Below the pieces are notes generated by a model. That model was given only the letters and a program-made list of their open reading frames with translations. It did not search any database and was not told the origin of the DNA. Shown here in pieces: positions 36,669 through 47,840 of a DNA stretch of 64,000 nt. The DNA comes from Nitrospira sp. (GTDB taxonomy: Bacteria > Nitrospirota > Nitrospiria > Nitrospirales > Nitrospiraceae). Location of the stretch: the NCBI GenBank assembly GCA_049840695.1, contig JASGJV010000005.1, forward strand, positions 34,129 through 98,128, given 5' to 3'. Each line of letters opens with the position of its first letter. Positions within the stretch are counted from its first letter, which is position 1. The position numbers and the translations under genes are program-made.

Positions 36669-38546
36669 TTGGATTACCAAGTCTCTGCAAGAAAATACCG
36701 GCCCGGAACGTTTGACGATGTCATCGGGCAGTCACACGTCGTACAGACGTTGATGAATTCGATCGTCAGCAAGCGGATCGCCCACGCTTTTCTCTTTTCT
36801 GGCACACGTGGCGTGGGAAAAACGACGGTCGCGCGGATCCTGGCGAAAGCACTCAACTGTGAACAGGGTCCGACCGGTTCCCCCTGCAACACCTGTGTGA
36901 ATTGTCAGGAAATCACGCAAGGCACGTCGGTGGATGTTGTCGAAATCGACGGCGCGTCGAATACCAGCGTGGACGATGTGCGGGAAATTCGGGAAAACGT
37001 CAAGTTTACACCGTTCCGGGGACAGTATCGTGTTTACATCATCGATGAAGTGCACATGCTCTCCAACTCGGCGTTCAACGCCTTGCTCAAAACCTTGGAA
37101 GAACCTCCCTCCCATGTCGTGTTCATCTTCGCAACAACGGAAATTCACAAGATCCCTGCGACGATTCTCTCGCGCTGCCAACATTACAACTTTCGCCGGA
37201 TTTCAAAGGCGGAGATTGTACAGCGCCTGAGGCATGTGGCGGACCAGGATGGATTGACCATCGAAGACCGCAGCCTGATGGCCCTGGCGCGTGCCAGCGA
37301 AGGTAGCATGCGCGATGGCCTCAGTCTGCTGGACCAAGTGATTGCGTTCGGCGGCAAGACGATTCGGCATCAAGATCTGGAAACTCTGCTCGGTGCGGTT
37401 CCGCAGGAACGGGTGCGGGCGATGGTTGAAGCCGTGATCGACCAGAACAGCGCCAAGGCCTTGCAGGTCATCGCCGGGCTCTTGGATCAGGGCCACGACA
37501 TTCGTGCCTACTGCGCCGATCTGGTGGAGTATGTGCGGAATATGTTGGTCGCGGCCGTGGTGCCTGCAGGTCCGGAGTTGCGGGGGCTGATCGAAGCGAC
37601 CGATGAAGATCTGACGCAGCTGGCAAGGGATGCAGAACAGTTTTCGGTGGAGCACCTCCAAGAATTATTTCGACTGTGGGCGGCGGCGGAAGATCATCTG
37701 CGCGTGAGCACCCATCCGCGGTTTGTGCTGGAAACGGCTGCCGTTCGGGCGACTCGTCTGCTGCGCGCGCTTGAAAGCCCGGCGGGGCAGCCGGGGGTGA
37801 ACGCTCCGTCAAGCACGTCACCGGTGGATCGCGGAGCAGCCGCTCGCGCATCGTCATCATCAGAGAAGGTAGTTCCACCCAAACCGACGAAACGTGACAC
37901 GGCGAAAAACAGCCCTGATGCGGGAGACAAGCCCGTTATTCCGAGTGCATCTGTTCCAGCGCCTTCTCCTGTGGCGCGTCCTCGTGAAACGGTGGTTCCG
38001 TCGAGTCCTACTCCTGCGCCTTCCACCCCTGCTGGTCAGGCCGCTGCGATCGCACAGGTTCCGGTCGAGCCGAGTTTGCAAAGGTCCGAGCCCTTGTCTC
38101 ACACGACGACTGCCTCATCTTCGGCAGAGATCAATTGGGAAGAGTTTCAAGAGGCTGTCTCAGGTCAGCATCCCAATATCGCGCCCTTCCTGGAAATGGG
38201 ACGGGTGGTGAAGATCGAGGGCGGATTGGTGACCTTGGGATTTACCAAACAGGCCACGGTGGCGCGGGCCATGCTGGAGAAGGAAGACAATCTTCAGGCC
38301 ATGGCGGCGTTGGGGGAACGGCTCTACGGAAGTGCATTACGTGTTCGAATTGTTGAAGTGGCGGAGCAGGATCCGGAGGCCGCCCCGACGATGAAGCAGC
38401 TACGGGTCGCAAAGGAGCAGGAACAGCTCGTGATCCTAACGCAACAGGCGAAGGCGCATCCTCTCGTTAAACAAGCGCTGGAGATGTTCGGCGGAGAGTT
38501 GGCTGAGGTTCGCACGACAACTCCGGCACAGGAGGTACAGGAATGA
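36669..38546 (+). CDS. dnaX: DNA polymerase III subunit gamma/tau
   Basis: ARKYRP, GTRGVGKTT, EIDGASN, IIDEVHML, NALLKTLEEPP, SRC. Confidence 0.97.
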   Translation: MDYQVSARKYRPGTFDDVIGQSHVVQTLMNSIVSKRIAHAFLFSGTRGVGKTTVARILAKALNCEQGPTGSPCNTCVNCQEITQGTSVDVVEIDGASNTSVDDVREIRENVKFTPFRGQYRVYIIDEVHMLSNSAFNALLKTLEEPPSHVVFIFATTEIHKIPATILSRCQHYNFRRISKAEIVQRLRHVADQDGLTIEDRSLMALARASEGSMRDGLSLLDQVIAFGGKTIRHQDLETLLGAVPQERVRAMVEAVIDQNSAKALQVIAGLLDQGHDIRAYCADLVEYVRNMLVAAVVPAGPELRGLIEATDEDLTQLARDAEQFSVEHLQELFRLWAAAEDHLRVSTHPRFVLETAAVRATRLLRALESPAGQPGVNAPSSTSPVDRGAAARASSSSEKVVPPKPTKRDTAKNSPDAGDKPVIPSASVPAPSPVARPRETVVPSSPTPAPSTPAGQAAAIAQVPVEPSLQRSEPLSHTTTASSSAEINWEEFQEAVSGQHPNIAPFLEMGRVVKIEGGLVTLGFTKQATVARAMLEKEDNLQAMAALGERLYGSALRVRIVEVAEQDPEAAPTMKQLRVAKEQEQLVILTQQAKAHPLVKQALEMFGGELAEVRTTTPAQEVQE

Positions 38547-38866
38547 AAAGTCCATTCGGGAATATGTCCAACATTTTGAAGCAAGCACAGGCCATGCAGG
38601 AACAAATGGCGAAAGTGCAGGAGCAGGCCGCGACCAAGACGGTGTCCGGGACCGCGGGCGGGGGCATTGTGACGGTGACCGTCAACGGCGCGATGGATCT
38701 GCTGAGCGTGAAGATCGATCCGGAAGTGGTGAAGGCCGGTGATGTCGATATGTTGCAGGATCTTGTCGTAGCGGCCGGTAACGATGCATTGAAAAAATCA
38801 CGCGAAATGATGGCTGAGGAAATGAAAGCCGTCACGGGTGGAATGAAGATCCCCGGTCTGTTCTGA
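38543..38866 (+). CDS. ybaB: YbaB/EbfC nucleoid-associated protein
   Basis: KQAQAMQE...GTAGGGIVTVTVNG...DMLQDLVVAA; lies between dnaX and recR. Confidence 0.95.
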   Translation: MKSPFGNMSNILKQAQAMQEQMAKVQEQAATKTVSGTAGGGIVTVTVNGAMDLLSVKIDPEVVKAGDVDMLQDLVVAAGNDALKKSREMMAEEMKAVTGGMKIPGLF

Positions 38867-38943
38867 TGCGAGCGATGTCCTCGTGTGTCGAAGGCGGAGA
38901 GTACGGACCTCTAGTGCGTGTGGCCTGGATGTGAAGATGCGTT

Positions 38944-39546
38944 ATGAGTATTGATCAACAGGGACTGCTGGCAAAATTGGTCCGTGAATTGGTGCGTTTG
39001 CCCGGAATCGGTCAGAAAAGCGCACAGCGGCTGGCATTTCACCTGCTCAAAGCGGAACGGGAAGATGCTCTTCGGCTGGCCGAAGCCATTCAAGCGGTGA
39101 AGGACGGGCTCTCGTTTTGCCGCCAATGTCGCAATATCGCTGAGGGCGAGCTCTGTGAGTTTTGCCGGGATCCCAAGCGGGATCGCAGCAAGATTCTCGT
39201 GGTGGAAGAGCCGAGCACCTTGTATGCAATTGAGCGCGCCGGTGGCTATCGCGGCCTGTACCATGTCTTGCTCGGAGTCTTATCGCCATTGGATGGCGTC
39301 GGGCCATCCGACATTCGTGCGGAGGAATTGCTTGAGCGGGTCAAAGCCGGAGGGGTGGAAGAAGTCATCGTCGCCACCAACCCCACGATTGAAGGTGAGG
39401 CGACGGCGATCTACTTGACGCGACTCTTGAAGCCTCACCATGTCCGGGTCACGCGGATTGCCTATGGAATTCCCGTTGGGATGGATATCGAGTATGCGGA
39501 TGAGGTGACGCTGGTGAAATCCATCGAGGGCCGACGAGATTTGTGA
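38944..39546 (+). CDS. recR: Recombination mediator RecR
   Basis: LPGIGQKSAQRLAFHLL, C4 zinc finger, ATNPTIEGEATA, EYADEVTL. Confidence 0.98.
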   Translation: MSIDQQGLLAKLVRELVRLPGIGQKSAQRLAFHLLKAEREDALRLAEAIQAVKDGLSFCRQCRNIAEGELCEFCRDPKRDRSKILVVEEPSTLYAIERAGGYRGLYHVLLGVLSPLDGVGPSDIRAEELLERVKAGGVEEVIVATNPTIEGEATAIYLTRLLKPHHVRVTRIAYGIPVGMDIEYADEVTLVKSIEGRRDL

Positions 39547-39621
39547 CGTGGACCATTTGCTGCCTGAGAGTGTCCGTCGCGGGCCATGCTCGGACCTTCG
39601 CACCCACCCCAGACGAACCGA

Positions 39622-39651
39622 TTGACCCCTCGGATTTGCGGCTGCTATAGT
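39622..39651 (+). promoter_or_regulatory. Putative sigma70 promoter for dksA
   Basis: TTGACC-N18-TATAGT with extended -10 TG. Confidence 0.55.
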
Positions 39652-39706
39652 CGAGCCTCGTTGGGCGGTCTGGCGGCGATACCGGCCTAGTGAAACCGAG
39701 TATTCG

Positions 39707-40114
39707 ATGAAGACTTCGGCGAAAAAATCCACTCCCACCCGAAAGAAACCTGCCAAGGCGAACGGGGTTAAGTACCCTGATATTCAGAAAGACTTGGAAG
39801 GCCAACGTGCCGCCATCCTAGCCGAAGCCGGAGTGGTGCTGACGAATCCGACTGGCCTGGAAGTTTTTCCGGATGTGAGCGACCAAGCCTCGGCAGAGGC
39901 AGATCAGCACTTCTCCTTTCGCATCCGCGAACGGGAACGCAAACTCCTCAAAAAAATCGATGAAGCCCTGGGGCGACTTGCGACGCACACCTATGGGATT
40001 TGCGAAGGCTGCCAGGGCGATATTCCATATAAACGACTGAAGGCGCGTCCGGTTACGACCTTGTGCATCGAATGCAAGACCAGTCAGGAAGAAGCAGAGA
40101 AGTCCCCCCGCTGA
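39707..40114 (+). CDS. dksA: RNA polymerase-binding protein DksA
   Basis: PDVSDQASAE (DxxDxA) tip; RERKLLKKIDEAL; YGICEGC...RLKARP.TTLCIECK. Confidence 0.93.
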   Translation: MKTSAKKSTPTRKKPAKANGVKYPDIQKDLEGQRAAILAEAGVVLTNPTGLEVFPDVSDQASAEADQHFSFRIRERERKLLKKIDEALGRLATHTYGICEGCQGDIPYKRLKARPVTTLCIECKTSQEEAEKSPR

Positions 40115-40176
40115 TTGGGTTGGCCCCTCCCGATTTCTTTTGTTACCCGCCGGATGTTTTATAGACAACACCTCTG

Positions 40177-41322
40177 TTACTGGTGTTTGAGGGCTTTGAC
40201 GCGTGATTGCGCCAACGCTGACCGATCGGCCTCTTCGGGGATCCCCTCTGTGAGCGCCAGATAGGTCTCATATTCATTAATGGCGCGTCGGGGGTTAGCA
40301 TCCGCAATGGCTTCGGCCAGATTGAACCGGGCAATCGCGTAATTCGGGCGCATCAGCACGGCCTTTTCGAAGGAGGCGAGCGCGTTCTGCTTCTCGCCCA
40401 ACTTGCCGTACACATGTCCCAGATTATTGACGACCTCCGGGGAGTTTGGACGTTGTGCCAGTGAGGCGAGCAGTTCGCGTTTGGCCTTTTCCAGATCCCC
40501 GGCGGCTTCCCAGGATACGCCCAGCCGGTGATGAAGTTCCGCCTGCCAGACTTGGCTGGTGAACCCTGAAGCACTGGCCTTCTGGTACGCGTCGAGCGCG
40601 ATGCTCTGATTCTTCGTCCCGCAGTAAGCCAGTTGTGCGGTTTGGCCGCGGGCGAATTGCTGGAGCGAGGCAAACGGTTCCTTGTCTTCCGCGCCCTGCG
40701 TGTCGAGGTGCTGACCACCGATCTGCTGCCCGGTATCCCGAAGACGATCGAGAAATTCTTTCCGGTAGGGAGAGAAGAGCTTCACGTACGGATCAATGGA
40801 AAAGGATGCAGCCAGAAGCCGCGGACTCTTTCGGTCGCCCAGGACGAGATACCGCGTGGTGGTTTTCTCATCCCCCGTGTCATAGAGGGTGCTGGAGGCC
40901 ATATTCTGGCGATCGGCCAATTGAGCGACGGTCAGGTAAAACTCCAGGCTGGGTTTCAGCTGGGTGAGGGTATAGCGAAGCGTTTTGTAGGGAGCCAAGT
41001 CGAGGCCGGAACGAAAGATGAATAGCGTGCCGACCAATGTCCCGTCTTCATCGAAGAAGTATGACTCTTCGCCCTTGGACAGGCTTTGTTCGGCCGAGAT
41101 ACGGAGTTCTTGGCCGCTGCCCCAAGCCTGGGTATGAGGGACGATGCCGGGATGGTGCTCAAGAAACATCTTGCGGGTATCACAGAGTTTCGTGGATTTC
41201 AGGAGGTCGAGGTCGCTTTCCGACGGCGGAAGCGGCGCACGCGCTGGCGGCGGAGTTTCGCACCCTGTGAGCAGAGCGCAGACGGTAACCAGTGCAGGCA
41301 GCAGTGAGAGCCGACGGTGCAT
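40177..41322 (-). CDS. TPR-containing lipoprotein
   Basis: Lipobox LTGC; C-terminal TPRs (HHRLG, NNLGHVY, P.YAIARFNLA). Confidence 0.85.
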   Translation of the reverse strand: MHRRLSLLPALVTVCALLTGCETPPPARAPLPPSESDLDLLKSTKLCDTRKMFLEHHPGIVPHTQAWGSGQELRISAEQSLSKGEESYFFDEDGTLVGTLFIFRSGLDLAPYKTLRYTLTQLKPSLEFYLTVAQLADRQNMASSTLYDTGDEKTTTRYLVLGDRKSPRLLAASFSIDPYVKLFSPYRKEFLDRLRDTGQQIGGQHLDTQGAEDKEPFASLQQFARGQTAQLAYCGTKNQSIALDAYQKASASGFTSQVWQAELHHRLGVSWEAAGDLEKAKRELLASLAQRPNSPEVVNNLGHVYGKLGEKQNALASFEKAVLMRPNYAIARFNLAEAIADANPRRAINEYETYLALTEGIPEEADRSALAQSRVKALKHQ

Positions 41323-41469
41323 GGCCGGATTCGATGCCCCAAAACAATGCCATCTAGGATCTTGGAATAGAGCATACCTGAACGGCTGTGGAGATGCGAC
41401 TAGCAGTGGGAGCAGTGAAGGCTTCTCCTCGCCGCCGAGAAGTTCCCGGCGGGCGAGGTGTGCGGCGGG

Positions 41470-41799
41470 TTACCGACGTTGCGAGTCGATCATTGAATCT
41501 TCGGCTGTGTATCCGAAGAGGTATGGCGCATGTCTCGCAATGGCATAGAGTGGCCGGTTCACCGTGTAGTCTACGAGATGACCGACCGGGTGGAGCACAA
41601 AGCCCAGCCATCGGTACGGATTGTCGTTCGCCTGTGAGGCGGCCATGGGGTCGGAATAGACCAGCGAGGTACTGTCCATTGCGCTATAGATGCTGAGCGG
41701 TGCGTTGTAGTTCTGGTCCTGCGTCGCCATCTGATTAGTGGTGGAGCAGCCCGTAGTCAGAAGCAATCCCAACATGATTGTGGCCAAAGTCCCGCGCAT
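41470..41799 (-). CDS. Small hypothetical lipoprotein
   Basis: Lipobox TTGC; RBS GAGAGG; NPYRWLGFVLHPVG segment. Confidence 0.75.
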   Translation of the reverse strand: MRGTLATIMLGLLLTTGCSTTNQMATQDQNYNAPLSIYSAMDSTSLVYSDPMAASQANDNPYRWLGFVLHPVGHLVDYTVNRPLYAIARHAPYLFGYTAEDSMIDSQRR

Positions 41800-42333
41800 A
41801 CCGTGCCTCTCTTTCTTCTATCGGAACATTCGAAGAGACGAAGTCTGTTCCTTGTGAGAAAAGTCTAGCGCAGGGTCCTGATTCTGTCCAGTTGGACGGC
41901 ACCCTAGGTCGTCGATCAATGTTTTTCGATCGTCGGATGTGGCAAGTGTTTTAAAAGGTTAGCAGTTTCAGATAGTTAAGGGAATCTTCACCCGTGGTGT
42001 CTACAGGCGGTTTTGAATGCGAGGTCTCATTAGAAATGAATCCTGGGAGGAGGAGCCAGGTCTTAGGTTCCAAGGGATTTCGAGGTCGTCTCGCATCAAG
42101 ATGCTACTGCTTGTAGGCCTCGCTGCTCCGATAAGTGCATTCATCGCCGCTCCTTCGCACCACGCGCCTGGTCGGGCAGAAGTCTGCGATGCTGACGCAA
42201 CGCTATGCGCATCATTACCCGTAAAGCCTGCGAGATGGGGTGGAGATTTTAGACCGACGGTCACACCGTGACACAACAATGACCACAGTGCTGCGTGTGT
42301 CGGAGAAGACTGTCTTGGAAGTCGTTGAAAAAA

Positions 42334-42408
42334 TGGTGGGCGATACAGGTATCGAACCTGTGGCCTCTTCCGTGTGAAGGAAGCGCTCTCCCACTGAGCT
42401 AATCGCCC
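42334..42408 (-). tRNA. tRNA-Val(CAC)
   Basis: Reverse complement GGGCGATTAGCTCAGTGGGAGAGCG-CTTCC-TTCACAC-GGAAG...GGTTCGATACCTGTATCGCCCACCA. Confidence 0.97.
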
Positions 42409-42534
42409 GAGCAGAGCGGGAGTCTACCACGGTCCGGCAAACAGGAGCAACCGATCGTCCGACGGCCACAGGCCCGGACGCAGGACCCATCTTCGCTGAG
42501 CGGTTCGACTAAAGCTAAATGGTCCTCGGTTTTC

Positions 42535-42564
42535 TTGACATCGAGAAAAGGCGATTCTTACAAT
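42535..42564 (+). promoter_or_regulatory. Putative sigma70 promoter for the trmFO operon
   Basis: TTGACA-N18-TACAAT, 35 bp upstream of the ATG. Confidence 0.65.
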
Positions 42565-42599
42565 GAGCATCCTTCCATCTTTTCAAAGGTTTCCCATTC

Positions 42600-43916
42600 A
42601 TGCGTGAAGACATCGTCATCATCGGGGGCGGTTTGGCCGGCTCGGAAGCGGCCTGGCAGGCGGCACATAGCGGAGCCAGGGTGACGCTCTATGAAATGCG
42701 TCCGAAAGAGACGACGAAGGCGCACAAAACCGGTGATCTGGCCGAACTCGTCTGTTCGAACTCATTGGGGTCGATGGACCCGCTGAATGCGCCCGGCATT
42801 CTCAAAGGCGAGATGCGCCGCCTGAACTCCCTGGTGATTCGTGCGGCGGAGGAGGCACGCGTGCCGGCCGGCTCGGCGCTGGCGGTGGATCGCGAAGTCT
42901 TCGCACGTGCCATCACGCATTCGCTGGAAGGACATCCCAATATTCGGATCATTCGTGAAGAAGTGGCGGAAATCCCTTCGGATGCCGTCACGATCATCGC
43001 AACCGGTCCCTTAACGTCGGAAAAATTGTCGAAGGCCATCAGCGAACTGACTCACGAACGGCATCTGTATTTCTTCGATGCGATCTCGCCCATCATCGAC
43101 GCAGACTCGATTAATATGGATATCGTGTATCGCGCGTCACGGTATGGGAAGGGGGGCGCCGACTATCTGAACTGTCCGATGGATGAAGCGGCCTACAATG
43201 CGCTGTACGACGCGATGATGGCGGCCGAAAAAGTGCAGCCAAAAGAGTTTGAAAAAGTCGCCTACTTTGAAAGCTGTATTCCGATTGAAGTCATGGCCGA
43301 GCGGGGGCGGCAGACCATGCAGTTTGGGCCGCTCAAGCCTGTTGGATTGGACGATCCGAAAACCGGGAAGCGGCCTTATGCGGTCGTACAATTGAGGACC
43401 GAAAATGTGCATGGCACCTGCTACAACATGGTCGGATTTCAGACCAAGCTCACCTACCCCGAACAGAAGCGGGTGTTTCGACTGATCCCGGGCCTGGAGC
43501 AGGCCGAGTTTTTGCGGTTTGGCAGCCTGCATCGCAACACCTTCATCAACTCACCGCAATTGTTGCGCGACACACTGCAGCTCAAAACCCGGGGGACGGT
43601 CTTTTTTGCCGGCCAATTGGTCGGGGTCGAGGGATATACCGAGTCGGCGGCAATGGGCGGGATCGCCGGCATCAACGCGGCACGAGGTCTCGCCGGTCAA
43701 CCGCTCGTCACCCCGCCGCCCACCAGCGCTCATGGTTGCCTGATGGCCCACATCACCCAAAGCGATCCGGCGCATTTTCAACCGATGAACACCAACTTCG
43801 GCCTGTTCCCGCCCGTCACCGTCAAGACCCGCGACAAGGATCAGAAGCGGCGTCTCATCCAGCAACGAGCTGTTGAGGATTTTGACGCATGGATCGCGCA
43901 ATCCGGGCTTTCCTAG
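42600..43916 (+). CDS. trmFO: FAD/folate-dependent tRNA (uracil-54-C5)-methyltransferase
   Basis: [49 protein letters not shown]. Confidence 0.98.
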   Translation: MREDIVIIGGGLAGSEAAWQAAHSGARVTLYEMRPKETTKAHKTGDLAELVCSNSLGSMDPLNAPGILKGEMRRLNSLVIRAAEEARVPAGSALAVDREVFARAITHSLEGHPNIRIIREEVAEIPSDAVTIIATGPLTSEKLSKAISELTHERHLYFFDAISPIIDADSINMDIVYRASRYGKGGADYLNCPMDEAAYNALYDAMMAAEKVQPKEFEKVAYFESCIPIEVMAERGRQTMQFGPLKPVGLDDPKTGKRPYAVVQLRTENVHGTCYNMVGFQTKLTYPEQKRVFRLIPGLEQAEFLRFGSLHRNTFINSPQLLRDTLQLKTRGTVFFAGQLVGVEGYTESAAMGGIAGINAARGLAGQPLVTPPPTSAHGCLMAHITQSDPAHFQPMNTNFGLFPPVTVKTRDKDQKRRLIQQRAVEDFDAWIAQSGLS

Positions 43917-44851
43917 ACGTGTTGGCGGTTCAGGAAGGCGCCTCTCCGCAAACCATCCGCGCGTATACGTCCGACCTGGCCCAGTTCCGCGCCTTTGCCC
44001 TGGCCGCGCTGAAGCCTCGTGACACTCTGGCGGTCGAATCGATAACAGCAGGCGTGATTCGTGAATTCCTCGCCTCGCGTGATCGCGGAGGAGAGAAGAA
44101 AACGTCTCTGGCCAGAAAATTGGCGTGCCTGCGAAGTTTCTTTCGTTATCTGGTTCGCGTCGGCCGCTTGCCCGCGAATCCGGCGGAAGATGTGCGCGCG
44201 CCGAAATTGCCGAAACATCTGCCTCAAGTGCTCACGAAAGACGATGCCGGGGCGTTGATGGAATTTCCTCCGGGGGAAGCGCGCGAGGGTTTGCGCGACC
44301 GAGCCATTCTCGAAACGTTGTATTCCACCGGCGCGCGTGTCAGTGAATTGGTCGGCATGGATCGTGATGACATCAGTCGCAGTGAAGGCGTCGTGCGTGT
44401 TCGCGGCAAGGGAGGGAAAGAGCGAGTCATCCCCTTGAGCCTACTCGCCCTGGAAGCTATCGATGCCTACCATGCTCAGACTCCCGTTGCGGCTGCCTCG
44501 GATTCTTCAGCAGGGAGAGCACAGGGTTCCACGCCCGTGTTTCGCAATCGCCGCGGAGGGCGATTAACGACTAGAACGATTGCCCGCATCGTGGCGAAAT
44601 ATTCGGGACAACTGAGCGGTGGTGCGGTTCATCCTCACACCCTGCGACATTCTTTTGCCACGCATCTGTTGGATGAAGGCGCAGACTTGCGGGCCATTCA
44701 AGAGATGCTGGGGCATGTGTCGCTCAGTACAACTCAAAAATACACCCATCTTGCGACTGACCAGCTACTCGCGTTATACGATCGCACTCACCCGCGTGCC
44801 GGTTCTCCGGGGGAAGCAGGAGAAGGGAATAAGCAGAAGGGTTCTCGATGA
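43889..44851 (+). CDS. xerC: Chromosome dimer resolution tyrosine recombinase
   Basis: [52 protein letters not shown]; trmFO-xerC-hslVU synteny. Confidence 0.9.
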   Translation: MDRAIRAFLDVLAVQEGASPQTIRAYTSDLAQFRAFALAALKPRDTLAVESITAGVIREFLASRDRGGEKKTSLARKLACLRSFFRYLVRVGRLPANPAEDVRAPKLPKHLPQVLTKDDAGALMEFPPGEAREGLRDRAILETLYSTGARVSELVGMDRDDISRSEGVVRVRGKGGKERVIPLSLLALEAIDAYHAQTPVAAASDSSAGRAQGSTPVFRNRRGGRLTTRTIARIVAKYSGQLSGGAVHPHTLRHSFATHLLDEGADLRAIQEMLGHVSLSTTQKYTHLATDQLLALYDRTHPRAGSPGEAGEGNKQKGSR

Positions 44852-45384
44852 AGATTCGATCGACCACGGTCTTATGTGTCAGGCGGGGCAATCAGGTGAC
44901 GATGGGGTGTGATGGACAGGTCACAGTCGGGACCACCGTCATGAAACATAACGCCAGGAAAATGCGACGGATGCATAACGACACGGTCTTGTCGGGTTTC
45001 GCCGGCGCGACGGCGGATGCCTTCACCCTCTTTGAAAAATTCGAGGCAAAACTGGCGGAGTATCGCGGCAACCTGACAAGAGCCGCCGTGGAATTGGCGA
45101 AAGACTGGCGCACCGATCGAGTCTTGCGTCGGTTAGAAGCGCTGCTGGCGGTGGCCGATCTCGATCACTCCTTTATCATTTCCGGCACGGGAGATGTGGT
45201 AGAGCCAGAAGACGGCATTCTGGCCATCGGTTCTGGCGGACCCTATGCGTTGGCTTCCGCCCGTGCCCTGCTGGCGCATTCCGAACTGGCCGCCGAGCAC
45301 ATCGTGAAGGAATCGCTGATGATTGCCGGCGGGATCGACATTTATACCAACCAACAGATTGTGATCGAATCGCTCACGCGTTAG
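44848..45384 (+). CDS. hslV: HslUV protease peptidase subunit
   Basis: [30 protein letters not shown]. Confidence 0.98.
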   Translation: MKIRSTTVLCVRRGNQVTMGCDGQVTVGTTVMKHNARKMRRMHNDTVLSGFAGATADAFTLFEKFEAKLAEYRGNLTRAAVELAKDWRTDRVLRRLEALLAVADLDHSFIISGTGDVVEPEDGILAIGSGGPYALASARALLAHSELAAEHIVKESLMIAGGIDIYTNQQIVIESLTR

Positions 45385-45397
45385 GATCAGCCCTGCC

Positions 45398-46801
45398 ATG
45401 ACCACCGAATCGACGTCCCGTTCCCTCAATGTGAATAGCTTGACGCCCCGGCAGATCGTCGAGGCGCTGGATCGATATGTCATCGGCCAGCAGGATGCCA
45501 AACGCATGGTCGCGATCGCCTTGCGCAATCGATGGCGCCGGCAGCAACTCGCCCCAGAGTTGCGTGATGAGGTCATGCCGAAGAACATCATCATGATCGG
45601 CCCCACTGGCGTCGGCAAAACAGAAATCGCCAGGCGGTTGGCCAAACTCGCCGAAGCGCCATTTATCAAAGTGGAAGCCTCGAAGTTTACCGAGGTCGGC
45701 TACGTGGGCCGGGACGTCGAATCCATCATTCGTGATCTCACCGAACAGGCCATCAGTCTGGTCAAGACGAAACATTTGGAAGATGTGCAAGAGAAGGCCT
45801 CACGGCTCGGGGAAGAACGTCTGCTCGATTTGCTGCTTCCCGGCGCGCCGTCCCGCCCAGTCCCGCCAGGATTCGACCATGCCGGGGCGCGAGCCGAGTC
45901 TACAGAGCAGACTGAGTCCTCGGACGCCACGCGTTCCAAGCTGCGTCTGCAATTGCGCGACGGCAAACTGGATCAGCGGTCAGTAGAAGTCGAGGTCAAG
46001 GAGCGGGCCCTCCCGCTCGGTGTGATTTCGAATGCGGGCGGGATGGAAGACCTCGAAGGGAACCTCCGCGACATGCTGGGCGGGATGTTCCAGGGGAAGA
46101 AGAAGAAACGGGTGATGAAGGTTCCCGATGCTCTGAAGCATCTGACTCAGGAGGAAGCGCAGAAACTGATCGATATGGACGAGGTGGTGCGGGAGGCCAT
46201 CACCAAAGTGGAGCAGACCGGCATCGTCTTTTTAGACGAGATCGACAAAATCGCCGGCCGTGAGCGCGCGATGGGGCCGGATGTGTCCCGTGAGGGCGTA
46301 CAACGCGACCTCCTGCCGATTGTCGAAGGATCTACGGTCAGCACGAAGCACGGTGCCGTCCAGACCGACCATATCCTGTTCATCGCCGCCGGCGCTTTCC
46401 ACGTGGCCAAACCATCGGATTTAATTCCCGAGCTTCAGGGGCGGTTTCCGATACGCGTCGAACTGGCGCCGCTCACCAAAGAGGACTTTGTCCGTATCCT
46501 GACTGAACCGCGGGGAGCGTTGGTTCGCCAGTATCATGCGCTGATGGCGACGGAAGGGCTCACCGTCGAATTCACCGAGGATGGTTTGGCGGAAATTGCG
46601 GCGACGGCGGTACAGGTTAACGAGCGCACAGAAAATATCGGAGCCCGTCGGCTGTTTACGATCATGGAACGGCTGCTCGAACAGGTGTCGTTCGAAGGCT
46701 CGGAATTGGAACAGAAGACGGTGGTCGTGGATGCCGCCTACGTGCGAGAACGTCTGCTGAATATTGTGAAGGATCAGGACCTGAGCCGCTATATTTTGTG
46801 A
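45398..46801 (+). CDS. hslU: HslUV protease ATPase subunit
   Basis: [46 protein letters not shown]-terminus. Confidence 0.98.
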   Translation: MTTESTSRSLNVNSLTPRQIVEALDRYVIGQQDAKRMVAIALRNRWRRQQLAPELRDEVMPKNIIMIGPTGVGKTEIARRLAKLAEAPFIKVEASKFTEVGYVGRDVESIIRDLTEQAISLVKTKHLEDVQEKASRLGEERLLDLLLPGAPSRPVPPGFDHAGARAESTEQTESSDATRSKLRLQLRDGKLDQRSVEVEVKERALPLGVISNAGGMEDLEGNLRDMLGGMFQGKKKKRVMKVPDALKHLTQEEAQKLIDMDEVVREAITKVEQTGIVFLDEIDKIAGRERAMGPDVSREGVQRDLLPIVEGSTVSTKHGAVQTDHILFIAAGAFHVAKPSDLIPELQGRFPIRVELAPLTKEDFVRILTEPRGALVRQYHALMATEGLTVEFTEDGLAEIAATAVQVNERTENIGARRLFTIMERLLEQVSFEGSELEQKTVVVDAAYVRERLLNIVKDQDLSRYIL

Positions 46802-46830
46802 GCGGATCCAGCGAGAGCGAGGAATGACGC

Positions 46831-47727
46831 ATGAACAAACTGATTAAGAAAGCCAACGTGCTGATTGAGGCCTTGCCCTACATTCGGACGTTTAAGGGCA
46901 AGACAGTCGTCATCAAGTACGGGGGGCATGCGATGACGGATGCCTCGCTCAAGGCGCGGTTCGCGCAAAATGTCGTATTGCTGAAGTACGTCGGCTTGAA
47001 TCCCGTGGTGGTGCATGGCGGTGGTCCGCAAATTGATCAAATGTTGGATCGATTGGGCATGGAAGCGAAGTTCAAGCATGGCGTCCGCGTGACCGATGCT
47101 GCGACGATGGAAATCGTCGAAATGGTCCTTGCCGGCCGTATCAACATGGAAATTGTCGATCTGCTCAACCGGCATGGCGGCCAGGCTGTCGGGCTTAGCG
47201 GCAAAGACGGCGGATTGATGTTGACCAAGCCGTTGACGGCAAAGGCCTGGGCCGAAAGCATCGAAAAGGATATCGATGTCGAAGACCGGGACGCGGATTT
47301 CGGGTTTGTCGGAGACGTGAAGTCGATTGATCCCACGTTACTGCTGAAGCTCCAGGAAGATCACTACATTCCGGTTATTGCGCCCATTGGAACGGATCGG
47401 GAAGGCAACACCTACAACATCAATGCAGACCTGGTCGCCGGGGCGATCGCCGCGGCGCTGAAGGCGGAAAAGCTCGTGATGTTGACGGATGTGAAGGGTA
47501 TCCGGGATGCCAATGGCCGCCATCTTTCGACGGTCTCCCGCAAAGACGTGCAGCGTATGGTCAAGCGTGGCACCATTAGCGAAGGGATGTTGCCCAAGGT
47601 GCATGCCTGTCTGGATGCGTTGGCCGGCGGTGTCGGAAAAGCGCATATCGTCGATGGGCGCGTGCCCCACGCTATTCTGCTGGAAATTTTTACTCACAAA
47701 GGCATCGGCACCGAGATCGTCTCGTAG
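46831..47727 (+). CDS. argB: Acetylglutamate kinase
   Basis: EALPYI, VIKYGGHAM, VHGGGPQI, NINADLVA, GMLPKV. Confidence 0.98.
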   Translation: MNKLIKKANVLIEALPYIRTFKGKTVVIKYGGHAMTDASLKARFAQNVVLLKYVGLNPVVVHGGGPQIDQMLDRLGMEAKFKHGVRVTDAATMEIVEMVLAGRINMEIVDLLNRHGGQAVGLSGKDGGLMLTKPLTAKAWAESIEKDIDVEDRDADFGFVGDVKSIDPTLLLKLQEDHYIPVIAPIGTDREGNTYNINADLVAGAIAAALKAEKLVMLTDVKGIRDANGRHLSTVSRKDVQRMVKRGTISEGMLPKVHACLDALAGGVGKAHIVDGRVPHAILLEIFTHKGIGTEIVS

Positions 47728-47840
47728 TCAGTGAACCAACCAGGCGGGTACACCTCAACCAACAGCGGTATGAACGACCTCTGGGGCCCGGCTTGTCGGG
47801 ACTGTTGGGAAAGGACTGCGTCGGCGCTGAACGGAGAAAC

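Noticed and set aside
37901-37912. dnaX programmed -1 frameshift site
   Set aside because: Only five As (G AAA AAC); not the A AAA AAG heptamer or a long poly-A slippage run.
43889-44851. Phage or island integrase
   Set aside because: Housekeeping XerC-like sequence in the conserved trmFO-xerC-hslVU operon; no att sites or cargo.
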